Positions 25,229-32,000 of a DNA stretch of 32,000 bases are shown here, piece by piece. The position numbers and the translations under genes were made by a program. The notes under the pieces were generated by a model. The model was not told where the DNA came from and did not search any database. It worked only from the letters and a program-made list of their open reading frames with translations. The stretch is taken from the NCBI RefSeq assembly GCF_002310835.1, contig NZ_CP011041.1, positions 2,400,001-2,432,000 on the forward strand, given 5' to 3'. Origin of the DNA: Pseudoalteromonas tetraodonis (GTDB lineage Bacteria > Pseudomonadota > Gammaproteobacteria > Enterobacterales > Alteromonadaceae). Each line of letters begins with the position of its first letter. Position 1 is the first letter of the stretch.

Positions 25229-26701
25229 ATGGCAAATTATTTTAATAGCTTACCTTTACGCGAACAATTAGCGCAATTGGCACAATGTGAATTTATGGGC
25301 GCAGACGAATTTAACGACGGTGTTGCTGCACTTAAAGGTAAAAAATTGGTAATTGTAGGCTGTGGCGCACAGGGCCTAAATCAAGGCTTAAACTTACGTG
25401 ATTCTGGTTTAGATGTAGCCTATACACTACGTGATTCAGCCATTGCTGAGCGTCGTCAGTCATTCTTAAATGCATCTGACAATGGTTTTAAAGTGGGTAC
25501 ATATGAAGAGTTAATCCCAACAGCCGATGTAGTACTTAACTTAACACCTGATAAACAACATACTGCAGTTGTTAATGCCATCATGCCATTAATGAAACAC
25601 GGCTCAACCCTTGCCTATTCACATGGCTTTAATATTGTTGAAGAAGGCATGCAAGTTCGTGAAGACATTACCGTTATTATGGTTGCACCAAAATGCCCGG
25701 GGTCAGAAGTACGTGAAGAGTATAAACGCGGCTTTGGTGTACCTACATTAATTGCGGTTCACCCAGAGAATGATCCTCAGGGCCATGGCTTGGCACAAGC
25801 GAAAGCCTATGCAGCAGGTACGGGTGGTCATCGCGCGGGGGTACTTAAATCATCATTTATCGCTGAAGTGAAATCTGATCTGATGGGCGAGCAAACTATT
25901 TTATGTGGCATGCTACAAACTGGCTCTATTTTATGTTTTGACAAAATGATTGAAAAAGGAATTGATGCCGGTTACGCCTCAAAACTTATTCAATATGGCT
26001 GGGAAGTGATCACAGAAGCACTTAAATATGGCGGTGTGACAAACATGCTTGACCGCTTATCAAACCCTGCAAAGGTTAAAGCGTTTGAGCTAAGTGAAGA
26101 GCTTAAAGTAATTATGCGTCCTCTTTATAACAAACACCAAGATGACATTATCGATGGCACATTTTCACGTGTAATGATGGAAGACTGGGCAAATGATGAC
26201 GCTAACTTACTAAAATGGCGTGCTGAAACTGCAGAAACTCATTTTGAAAAAACCCCTGCAGGCGATGTAGAAATTGCTGAGCAAGAATTTTTTGACCACG
26301 GTATTTTAATGGTGGCAATGGTAAAAGCGGGTGTAGAACTGGCATTTGAAACCATGACAGCGGCCGGTATTATTGCAGAATCTGCCTATTATGAGTCACT
26401 GCATGAAACGCCGCTGATAGCCAATACTATTGCACGCAAAAAGTTATTTGAAATGAACCGCACTATTTCAGATACCGCTGAGTACGGCTGCTATTTATAT
26501 AACCATGCCTGTTTGCCGCTTCTACAAGAATTTATGCAAGGTATTGATACTGATGTTATTGGTAAAGGCTTAAATGAGCAAAGTAATCAAGTTGATAACC
26601 AAACTTTAATTCAAATAAATACGGCTCTACGTGAGCACCCTGTTGAGAAAGTAGGCGCAAAATTACGCGGCTACATGTCCGCAATGAAAAAAATAGTTTA
26701 A
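25229..26701 (+). CDS. ilvC: ketol-acid reductoisomerase, class II (490 aa)
   Basis: [23 protein letters not shown] and [26 protein letters not shown] are nearly identical to the N-terminus of E. coli IlvC. Confidence 0.96.
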   Translation: MANYFNSLPLREQLAQLAQCEFMGADEFNDGVAALKGKKLVIVGCGAQGLNQGLNLRDSGLDVAYTLRDSAIAERRQSFLNASDNGFKVGTYEELIPTADVVLNLTPDKQHTAVVNAIMPLMKHGSTLAYSHGFNIVEEGMQVREDITVIMVAPKCPGSEVREEYKRGFGVPTLIAVHPENDPQGHGLAQAKAYAAGTGGHRAGVLKSSFIAEVKSDLMGEQTILCGMLQTGSILCFDKMIEKGIDAGYASKLIQYGWEVITEALKYGGVTNMLDRLSNPAKVKAFELSEELKVIMRPLYNKHQDDIIDGTFSRVMMEDWANDDANLLKWRAETAETHFEKTPAGDVEIAEQEFFDHGILMVAMVKAGVELAFETMTAAGIIAESAYYESLHETPLIANTIARKKLFEMNRTISDTAEYGCYLYNHACLPLLQEFMQGIDTDVIGKGLNEQSNQVDNQTLIQINTALREHPVEKVGAKLRGYMSAMKKIV

Positions 26702-26736
26702 TTCTATAATCCTAGAACTTTCACTTGTTAGAAACC

Positions 26737-26768
26737 AAGCCCACTTGCATTTTGCTGTGGGCTTTTTT
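26737..26768 (+). terminator. rho-independent terminator after ilvC
   Basis: AAGCCCAC (26737-26744) pairs with GTGGGCTT (26757-26764) around a 12-nt loop, and the T run continues to 26768 (TTTTTT counted from 26763). Confidence 0.7.
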
Positions 26769-26856
26769 AAGTGCAAATTAATCATCAATAGCTGAAAATA
26801 AATAATGTGCTAAAATAATTCCCCTCATTGCCTCAGTTGTAAATATAAGCACTATC

Positions 26857-28776
26857 ATGACGATACAAAATCTCTCTATTACTCAAAAAATAACAGCCCT
26901 TGGAAGCATTATTGCTATTTGTGTTGCTGTATTAATTGGTTTGACGTCTTTGCATAACTCAAAGAATATTATTGAGCAACGCATGATCGAATCTGAACTG
27001 CCAAGTAAATTGCAAACAATCAGTAATCATATTGGTGGGGAGATCAATGAACTTCTTGGTGCAGCACAGCAGCTTTCGGCAAATACCTTTATTTTAGATT
27101 GGGCAAATGCTGGCAACAACAACGACACGCTATTACTTAAAGAGCTCAATCGTTTGGTTGACCAATACGATCTTGCCACGGCTTCGTGGGCGAATAAAAA
27201 CACTGCACAATATTGGAATCAAGATGGCTTTTTACGTGTTTTAAAAAATGATGCCGCAGATGGCTGGTTTTTTGCTTTTACACAATCAAAGCAACCTTAC
27301 TCAATTAGTATTTATCAAGAGTCTGAAAACGATGTAAAAATGTTTGTTAACCACCAACAACCTAATGGTTTAGGCTTGGCAGGCTTAGCAAAAAGCATTA
27401 CAGATATGCAAAAGCTGCTACAACAATTTAAAATTGAGCAATCAGGGTTTGTGTTTATTGCCGATAAAAACGGATTAATTCAGTTACATAAAGATGCAGA
27501 CAAAGTCGCTAAGGTTAATATAGATAGTATTTACAGCGCTAATATTCATAACAAATTACTTAATAAAAACGGCTTCGCTTTAGAGGAAGTAAATATCAAC
27601 GGGCAAGCCACACTCATTGCAGCCACACCGATTAAAAACACTGACTTATTTGTCTTAGCTCAAGTCCCAAAAAGCGAAGTCTTTTCTAGTGTAAATACCC
27701 TAGAGTGGCAAATATTCACTTTCACTATCATCACTGCGCTAATCGCAAGCGTGATCAGTTACTTATTAGCTCGCTCTTTAGCTTCACCGTTATCAACAAT
27801 GGCTGAGTTATTTTCGCGTTTAGGGCGTGGCGATGCAAATTTAGCCTATCGCTTACCAACATCTCCCCAACCTGAGCTAAATAATTTAACCACCGGCTTT
27901 AATCAATTTATTGAAAAAATAGAAACCGCTATTGTGCAAGTAGCTAATGAGAGCCACGGTATTCGCCACAGCTCAGATCATGTATTTTCGCAAGCCAAGC
28001 AAAACTCTTTAGCGCTTGATAAGCAAAAAGAGCAAACTATTTCAGTTGCAGCAGCCATTAATGAAATGGGCGCTACAGTGCAAGAAATAGCGCAAAGTGC
28101 TGCCAATGCAGCTAAGTTAACCAACGATAGCCGCGATAACACCAAGCAAAGCCATCAACAAGTGTTACAAAGCCAAACGACAATCTCAGCCCTTGCCAGC
28201 GACATTGACGGCATAACCGAGCAAGTTGCTTTGCTTTCTAAAAAGACTATTGATATCGCTAGTATTGTGGATTCAATTAGAGGTATATCTGAACAAACTA
28301 ACTTACTGGCTCTTAATGCAGCCATTGAGTCTGCTCGTGCTGGTGAACATGGACGAGGCTTTGCTGTAGTTGCTGATGAAGTAAGAGCGCTGGCGAATCG
28401 TACCTCACAATCGACCACTGAAATTCAATCAATGATTGAAGAACTCACTCATATTTCAGATGACGTTGTCAGCGATATCGGTCAATCAAAAGATAAAGCA
28501 CAACAAAGCGTAAGCGCAATGCAAAACTCGGTTGAGTTACTTAATACCATTACTGAAACAGCCAATGAAATTAACGATATGGCGACCTTAATTGCCACCG
28601 CCACCGAACAGCAAAGTAGCGTTGTGAATGATGTAGGTCGTAGTATTGAGCAAATAAGTGAGATCAGTGATAAGTCAATGAGTGAACAAATCAATACAGA
28701 ACAAGCAATTCGTGATTTAGCCACCAGCGCACAAACACTTGATGCACTCGTTGCAACGTTTAATCAGCAACGTTAA
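26857..28776 (+). CDS. methyl-accepting chemotaxis protein with a large periplasmic (Cache-like) sensor domain
   Basis: TM1 is [19 protein letters not shown] periplasmic region of about 250 aa is followed by TM2 and a HAMP domain. The MCP signature is [38 protein letters not shown]. Confidence 0.9.
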   Translation: MTIQNLSITQKITALGSIIAICVAVLIGLTSLHNSKNIIEQRMIESELPSKLQTISNHIGGEINELLGAAQQLSANTFILDWANAGNNNDTLLLKELNRLVDQYDLATASWANKNTAQYWNQDGFLRVLKNDAADGWFFAFTQSKQPYSISIYQESENDVKMFVNHQQPNGLGLAGLAKSITDMQKLLQQFKIEQSGFVFIADKNGLIQLHKDADKVAKVNIDSIYSANIHNKLLNKNGFALEEVNINGQATLIAATPIKNTDLFVLAQVPKSEVFSSVNTLEWQIFTFTIITALIASVISYLLARSLASPLSTMAELFSRLGRGDANLAYRLPTSPQPELNNLTTGFNQFIEKIETAIVQVANESHGIRHSSDHVFSQAKQNSLALDKQKEQTISVAAAINEMGATVQEIAQSAANAAKLTNDSRDNTKQSHQQVLQSQTTISALASDIDGITEQVALLSKKTIDIASIVDSIRGISEQTNLLALNAAIESARAGEHGRGFAVVADEVRALANRTSQSTTEIQSMIEELTHISDDVVSDIGQSKDKAQQSVSAMQNSVELLNTITETANEINDMATLIATATEQQSSVVNDVGRSIEQISEISDKSMSEQINTEQAIRDLATSAQTLDALVATFNQQR

Positions 28777-28799
28777 ATAGAGTGTTACATTAAAAAATA

Positions 28800-28850
28800 A
28801 CCTCTGTACAAAATAACCACTATACTTAAGTGTGTTTTTTGTACAGAGGT
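28800..28850. repeat. 14-bp perfect inverted repeat (hairpin) between the MCP gene and the TPR lipoprotein gene
   Basis: ACCTCTGTACAAAA (28800-28813) pairs perfectly with TTTTGTACAGAGGT (28837-28850) around a 23-nt loop. The right arm contains the GAGG SD (28846-28849), 5 nt before the ATG at 28855. No U-tract follows on the plus strand. TTATTTTTT follows on the minus strand. Confidence 0.7.
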
Positions 28851-28854
28851 GTGT

Positions 28855-30045
28855 ATGAATGCTCTCCAAGGTAAACATTATTTACTGATTGTGTGTCTGC
28901 TGGCTCTGTGTGCTTGTAGCACCACAGATAACGCCAATATAAGCGTGCCAATCCCCACTATTACTCCTCCCATGCAATTACAACAGCAGCTGGTAGAGTC
29001 TGAGCAACAAATATTTCAACTCGACGATAGCCTCAAACAGCAATTAAATGCTTACGTGCAATCGAGTAAATCAGTTAATGAAATAGCGTATAGCCTACTT
29101 AGTTTTTTACTCACAAATGGCGATAGCGCTTTATCTTATCAATCCACCACGACACAAACCGCATCTCAGAGCTATCAAAACTTAAACGCCAATTGCTTGT
29201 CACTATCAATTTTAGCATATAGTTTAGCTGAGCATTTAGGGCTTAAAGCTCGCTTTCAAAAAGTACACATTCCGGAGTATTGGTCACTAAATCAGGGATT
29301 TAATTTACTCACGGGGCACATCAACCTTGCCATAGACAATAAAACGAAACTCAAAGACAGCTCACTTGTTTATCAGCGTAATAAGCGTTTAATCATTGAT
29401 TTTGATCCCAATAGCCGACAAGCCCGTTTTGCAACCTCATTGCTTTCAAAAAAAAGAGTGACCGCCATGTTTTATAATAATAAAGGGGGTGAGGCACTGG
29501 TAAATAAACACTATGATTTAGCGTTTAGCTATTTCAAAGCAGCAATCAATACGGACGCTTCATTTAGTGCTAGCTGGGGCAATTTAGGGGTACTCTTTAA
29601 ACAATTAGATGATTTAAAGCAAGCGGAGCAAATGTATCGCTATGCTATTGCCTTAAATACTGATAATAATACTGCACAAGGTAACTTAGCATTATTATAC
29701 ACACTCACAGATAGAGTGGCCGAAGGCGAAAAGCTATTGGCTGAGCTTGACAAAAAACGCCAAGAAAATCCTTACTATCATATCTCGCTTGGTAACAGTG
29801 AGTATGTAAGTGGTAATTTTACAGGCGCAATTAGCCACTATAAAAAAGCGAACGCTATTTCACCAACCTTACATGAAAGCCACTTTGGACTGGCGCGAAG
29901 TTACTTTGAGTTAAATAATATAGCTAGGGCGGAATTTCATTTGCGTAAAGCCAGAAAAAAAGCAGACTTTACACATGACAAACAACGCTATGATAATAAA
30001 CTCATCGCATTAAAATCACTTATCGTTAAGGCGAATCATTATTAA
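28855..30045 (+). CDS. lipoprotein with an N-terminal transglutaminase-like (Cys-His-Asp) region and C-terminal TPR repeats
   Basis: The N-terminus is MNALQGKHYLLIVCLLALCAC-S, a signal peptide with a lipobox-like LCAC. NANCLSLSILAYSLAEHLGLKAR ... TGHINLAI ... IIDFDP has the C/H/D spacing typical of transglutaminase-like cysteine peptidase folds. There are at least 4 TPR-like repeats (for example ASWGNLGVLFKQLDDLKQAEQMYRYAIALN). Confidence 0.65.
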   Translation: MNALQGKHYLLIVCLLALCACSTTDNANISVPIPTITPPMQLQQQLVESEQQIFQLDDSLKQQLNAYVQSSKSVNEIAYSLLSFLLTNGDSALSYQSTTTQTASQSYQNLNANCLSLSILAYSLAEHLGLKARFQKVHIPEYWSLNQGFNLLTGHINLAIDNKTKLKDSSLVYQRNKRLIIDFDPNSRQARFATSLLSKKRVTAMFYNNKGGEALVNKHYDLAFSYFKAAINTDASFSASWGNLGVLFKQLDDLKQAEQMYRYAIALNTDNNTAQGNLALLYTLTDRVAEGEKLLAELDKKRQENPYYHISLGNSEYVSGNFTGAISHYKKANAISPTLHESHFGLARSYFELNNIARAEFHLRKARKKADFTHDKQRYDNKLIALKSLIVKANHY

Positions 30046-30958
30046 ATTATTTAGCTTAACCTGCATTGTATTTTTTATAAGTTGGAGTGGACTCTCAAAG
30101 CCGATTGAGCCGCAGTTATTCACTGATTTAACAACGCTAACCAGCTCTAAATTAGCAGGCAGAAAAACGAATAGTCACTCGGCTTTACTCACCAGAGAAT
30201 ATTTAAAAGCACGCTTTAAAGAGCATCAACTGACGGTTATTGAACAACCTTTTACTTATCCATCAGGGCTGTTTTCTAAGGCGCAAGGCGTAAATATTGT
30301 TGCGACCAAAACAGCAAAAAATTTGCCTGTTATTGTTATTACAGCGCATTACGACCATTTAGGCCTAAAAGCCGGAAAATTACATCCTGGTGCTAACGAT
30401 AATGCCTCGGGTGTTGCCGCATTACTATACTTATCGAACGCTTTAAAGGTGCAATCATCCTATGGTTTTGTGTTTGTTGCAACAGACGCTGAAGAAAACG
30501 GTTTACACGGCAGTGAGCACTTTGCCAAAACAATGCGCCAGTCTCCTATTGCTTTAAATATTAACTTAGATATGTTGGCAATTAAAAAATCGCATAAGCG
30601 GTTATACGCGCTAACAAGTCGTTCGTTAAAAGGTCAACTCACTCCACTATTTAGCCAAATAAAAAATACGAGTGTCGAATTAAAGCCCGTTTATTCATCA
30701 CGAAAAATGAGTCGACTCACCAACACGAAACAAATAGACTGGCACAGAGCCAGCGACCATTATTCATTCGCTAAACAAAAAATTCCGTATGTGTACTTCT
30801 CGATGGGCGCCGATAACTATCATCACACAGCAAAAGATACGCTCGAAAATATTAACACTGCTCTTTATCAAGAAGCAGTATTGCTAATTGAGGCATTTAT
30901 TAATCAGCTTTTGACAAACCCTGAGGTATTCAGTCCCCCCTTAAAAGCAGCAACGTAA
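30041..30958 (+). CDS. M28-family zinc aminopeptidase; start codon uncertain (no ATG/GTG/TTG before the catalytic domain)
   Basis: M28 metal-ligand motifs are AHYDHLG, GANDNASGVAALL, DAEENGLHGS, NLDM and SDHYSF. The track starts at the TTG at 30323, but the same frame is open back to 30014. That upstream stretch encodes typical M28 N-terminal sequence (LAGRKTNSHSALLTREYLKARFKEHQLTVIEQPF...GVNIVATK) and a signal-peptide-like KLFSLTCIVFFISWSG. The only plausible initiators are the ATT codons at 30038 and 30041, with AAGG 6-9 nt upstream. Confidence 0.6.
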   Translation: MKLFSLTCIVFFISWSGLSKPIEPQLFTDLTTLTSSKLAGRKTNSHSALLTREYLKARFKEHQLTVIEQPFTYPSGLFSKAQGVNIVATKTAKNLPVIVITAHYDHLGLKAGKLHPGANDNASGVAALLYLSNALKVQSSYGFVFVATDAEENGLHGSEHFAKTMRQSPIALNINLDMLAIKKSHKRLYALTSRSLKGQLTPLFSQIKNTSVELKPVYSSRKMSRLTNTKQIDWHRASDHYSFAKQKIPYVYFSMGADNYHHTAKDTLENINTALYQEAVLLIEAFINQLLTNPEVFSPPLKAAT

Positions 30959-31245
30959 GCCTCTTTTTTTGCCCGTGGAAGTTTTTTAATCGCATATTCT
31001 AATTTACTTGCGTCGCTTTTAGTCCCAACTTGTTGCTGATGAATGAGCACCAGCGGTCCTTTCCCTTTGAGGTTTTTTGCCCCTTTACCCGCTTGGTGCG
31101 TTGCTAAACGACGCGCTACATCAACTGTAATGCCGGTATACCAATGACCAAACCGTGTTTGCACAATATACAGTGACCAAACAGCCGGTTTAATTTTACT
31201 ATTGCACAACTCATCGTTTAAACTTTTTTGATTATTAATGGTCAA
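30904..31245 (-). CDS. yhbQ: GIY-YIG nuclease family protein, YhbQ/UPF0213-like
   Basis: WSLYIVQTRFGHWYTGITVDVARRLATHQAGKGAKNLKGKGPL parallels E. coli YhbQ [43 protein letters not shown]. The start is a TTG (31245), preceded by AAGGCGAGG. The 3' end overlaps the M28 gene by 55 nt. Confidence 0.75.
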   Translation of the reverse strand: MTINNQKSLNDELCNSKIKPAVWSLYIVQTRFGHWYTGITVDVARRLATHQAGKGAKNLKGKGPLVLIHQQQVGTKSDASKLEYAIKKLPRAKKEAYVAAFKGGLNTSGFVKS

Positions 31246-31351
31246 AACCTCGCCTTAACGCGCTAAACAAAAACAATTACTCAAAAGGGTTTTACCTTGA
31301 GTGACTAATCGGTATCATGCAGACTATAAAAAATAAGGATCACAACTAACA

Positions 31352-31711
31352 ATGCAGTCGTTAAAAACTTTTTCTCTTTGGCTTATCGTCGCTTTAACGC
31401 TTAGTTCAGCCGCAGGTTGTTCTAGCTGGGTGTACAGAATCAACATCCCTCAAGGTAACTTTTTAGAACAATCAGACGTTGATAAGCTTCGCGTTAATAT
31501 GACTCGCGAGCAAGTAATTTATGTACTAGGCAGACCGATTGCCGAAGACGCCTTCGATAAAAATACTTGGCGTTACGTTTATAGCTTTAATAAAGGGCGC
31601 GCTAATGAACAATATAAATCATTAGTATTAAACTTTGAAAATGAAAAGTTGGTGACGGTCTCTGGTGACTATGAGCAACCAGAAAACTTTACAACCCCTT
31701 TAGAGCAATAA
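31352..31711 (+). CDS. bamE: outer membrane protein assembly factor BamE (SmpA/OmlA lipoprotein)
   Basis: The lipobox is LSSAAG-C. VYRINIPQGNFLEQSDVDKLRVNMTREQVIYVLGRPIAEDAFDKNTWRYVY aligns with E. coli BamE [51 protein letters not shown]. Confidence 0.92.
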   Translation: MQSLKTFSLWLIVALTLSSAAGCSSWVYRINIPQGNFLEQSDVDKLRVNMTREQVIYVLGRPIAEDAFDKNTWRYVYSFNKGRANEQYKSLVLNFENEKLVTVSGDYEQPENFTTPLEQ

Positions 31712-31729
31712 GCCATTTGGGTTTAATTT

Positions 31730-31757
31730 AAAAAGGTGAGCATAGCTCACCTTTTTT
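31730..31757. terminator. bidirectional terminator between the convergent bamE and rnfH-family genes
   Basis: The sequence reads AAAAAGGTGAGC-ATA-GCTCACCTTTTTT. Confidence 0.8.
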
Positions 31758-31761
31758 GTAT

Positions 31762-32000
31762 CTAACGATCTAACGGTCGGCCACCGGTTACTTTATTTGC
31801 GCGGCCCTCTTCTTTGGCTTTTTCGGCGCGCTTTCTGCGGGCATCTTTAGGGTCGGCAATTAATGGGCGGTAAATTTCAACTCTATCGCCGTCTTTAAGC
31901 TCATGATTAAGCTTTACCGTTCTGTTCCATACACCTAAAGTTAAAGCGGTTGCATCAATTTCAGGGCACTTCTTAATAATACCTGATTGGATCACTGCTT
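31762..32000 (-). CDS. RnfH family (UPF0125, RatB/YfjF-like) protein; N-terminus lies beyond the right edge of the window
   Basis: [25 protein letters not shown] matches E. coli RatB [25 protein letters not shown]. The frame stays open to nt 32000. The GTG at 31995 used by the track is internal. Confidence 0.85.
   Translation of the reverse strand, partial: [78 protein letters not shown]

Noticed and set aside
26769-26856. A sigma-28 promoter upstream of the second MCP gene (TAAA-N15-GCCTCAGT).
   Set aside because: The -10 region matches only 3 of 8 consensus positions, which is not distinguishable from background.
30904-31245. Treating the GIY-YIG protein as a homing endonuclease or mobile-element marker.
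   Set aside because: It is a short single-domain protein collinear with E. coli YhbQ (UPF0213), a housekeeping family. There is no intron or intein context, no flanking repeats and no DNA-binding extension.
1-32000. A search for CRISPR arrays, rRNA, transposases or integrases, prophage genes, toxin-antitoxin pairs and known defence-system hallmarks (reverse transcriptase, large ATPase/nuclease or methylase pairs).
   Set aside because: None was found. There are no regularly spaced direct repeats, and every long ORF is accounted for by housekeeping, envelope, signalling or transport functions.

Overview
AT-rich gammaproteobacterial chromosome. Gene order and protein sequences suggest a marine Alteromonadales organism such as Pseudoalteromonas; this is inference only. 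The left third is a conserved housekeeping block on the minus strand: rlmE-ftsH-folP-glmM-tpiA-secG-leuU, with yhbY divergent, flanked on the far left by a partial MCP gene. The right end is also ordinary core: ilvY/ilvC, a second MCP, bamE, rnfH and a yhbQ-like GIY-YIG gene. The middle (about 8.4-24.1 kb) is an envelope and signalling region. Its most unusual feature is two inverted, paralogous four-gene cassettes: a MipA/OmpV-family outer-membrane barrel, a small secreted 4-Cys protein (DUF3019-like), an RstA-like OmpR-family response regulator and an RstB-like histidine kinase. Cassette A (11029-14400, plus strand) has an orphan lipoprotein upstream and a divergent operon. That operon encodes a secreted beta-lactamase-fold serine hydrolase translationally coupled to a secreted histidine phosphatase. 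Cassette B (19753-22937, minus strand) follows a co-oriented GGDEF diguanylate cyclase. Between the cassettes lie an NSS transporter, an ElaA-like GNAT, a Spo0M-like protein, a CPA2/KTN antiporter and a DUF3820-like gene. Other points are an M28 peptidase gene with no canonical start codon, apparently coupled to a transglutaminase-like/TPR lipoprotein gene; a 14-bp perfect inverted repeat covering that lipoprotein's SD; and a structured 278-bp intergenic region. I saw no CRISPR array, rRNA, transposase, integrase or recognisable defence system. All family assignments come from reading the translations and from remembered E. coli homologues. No searches were run.
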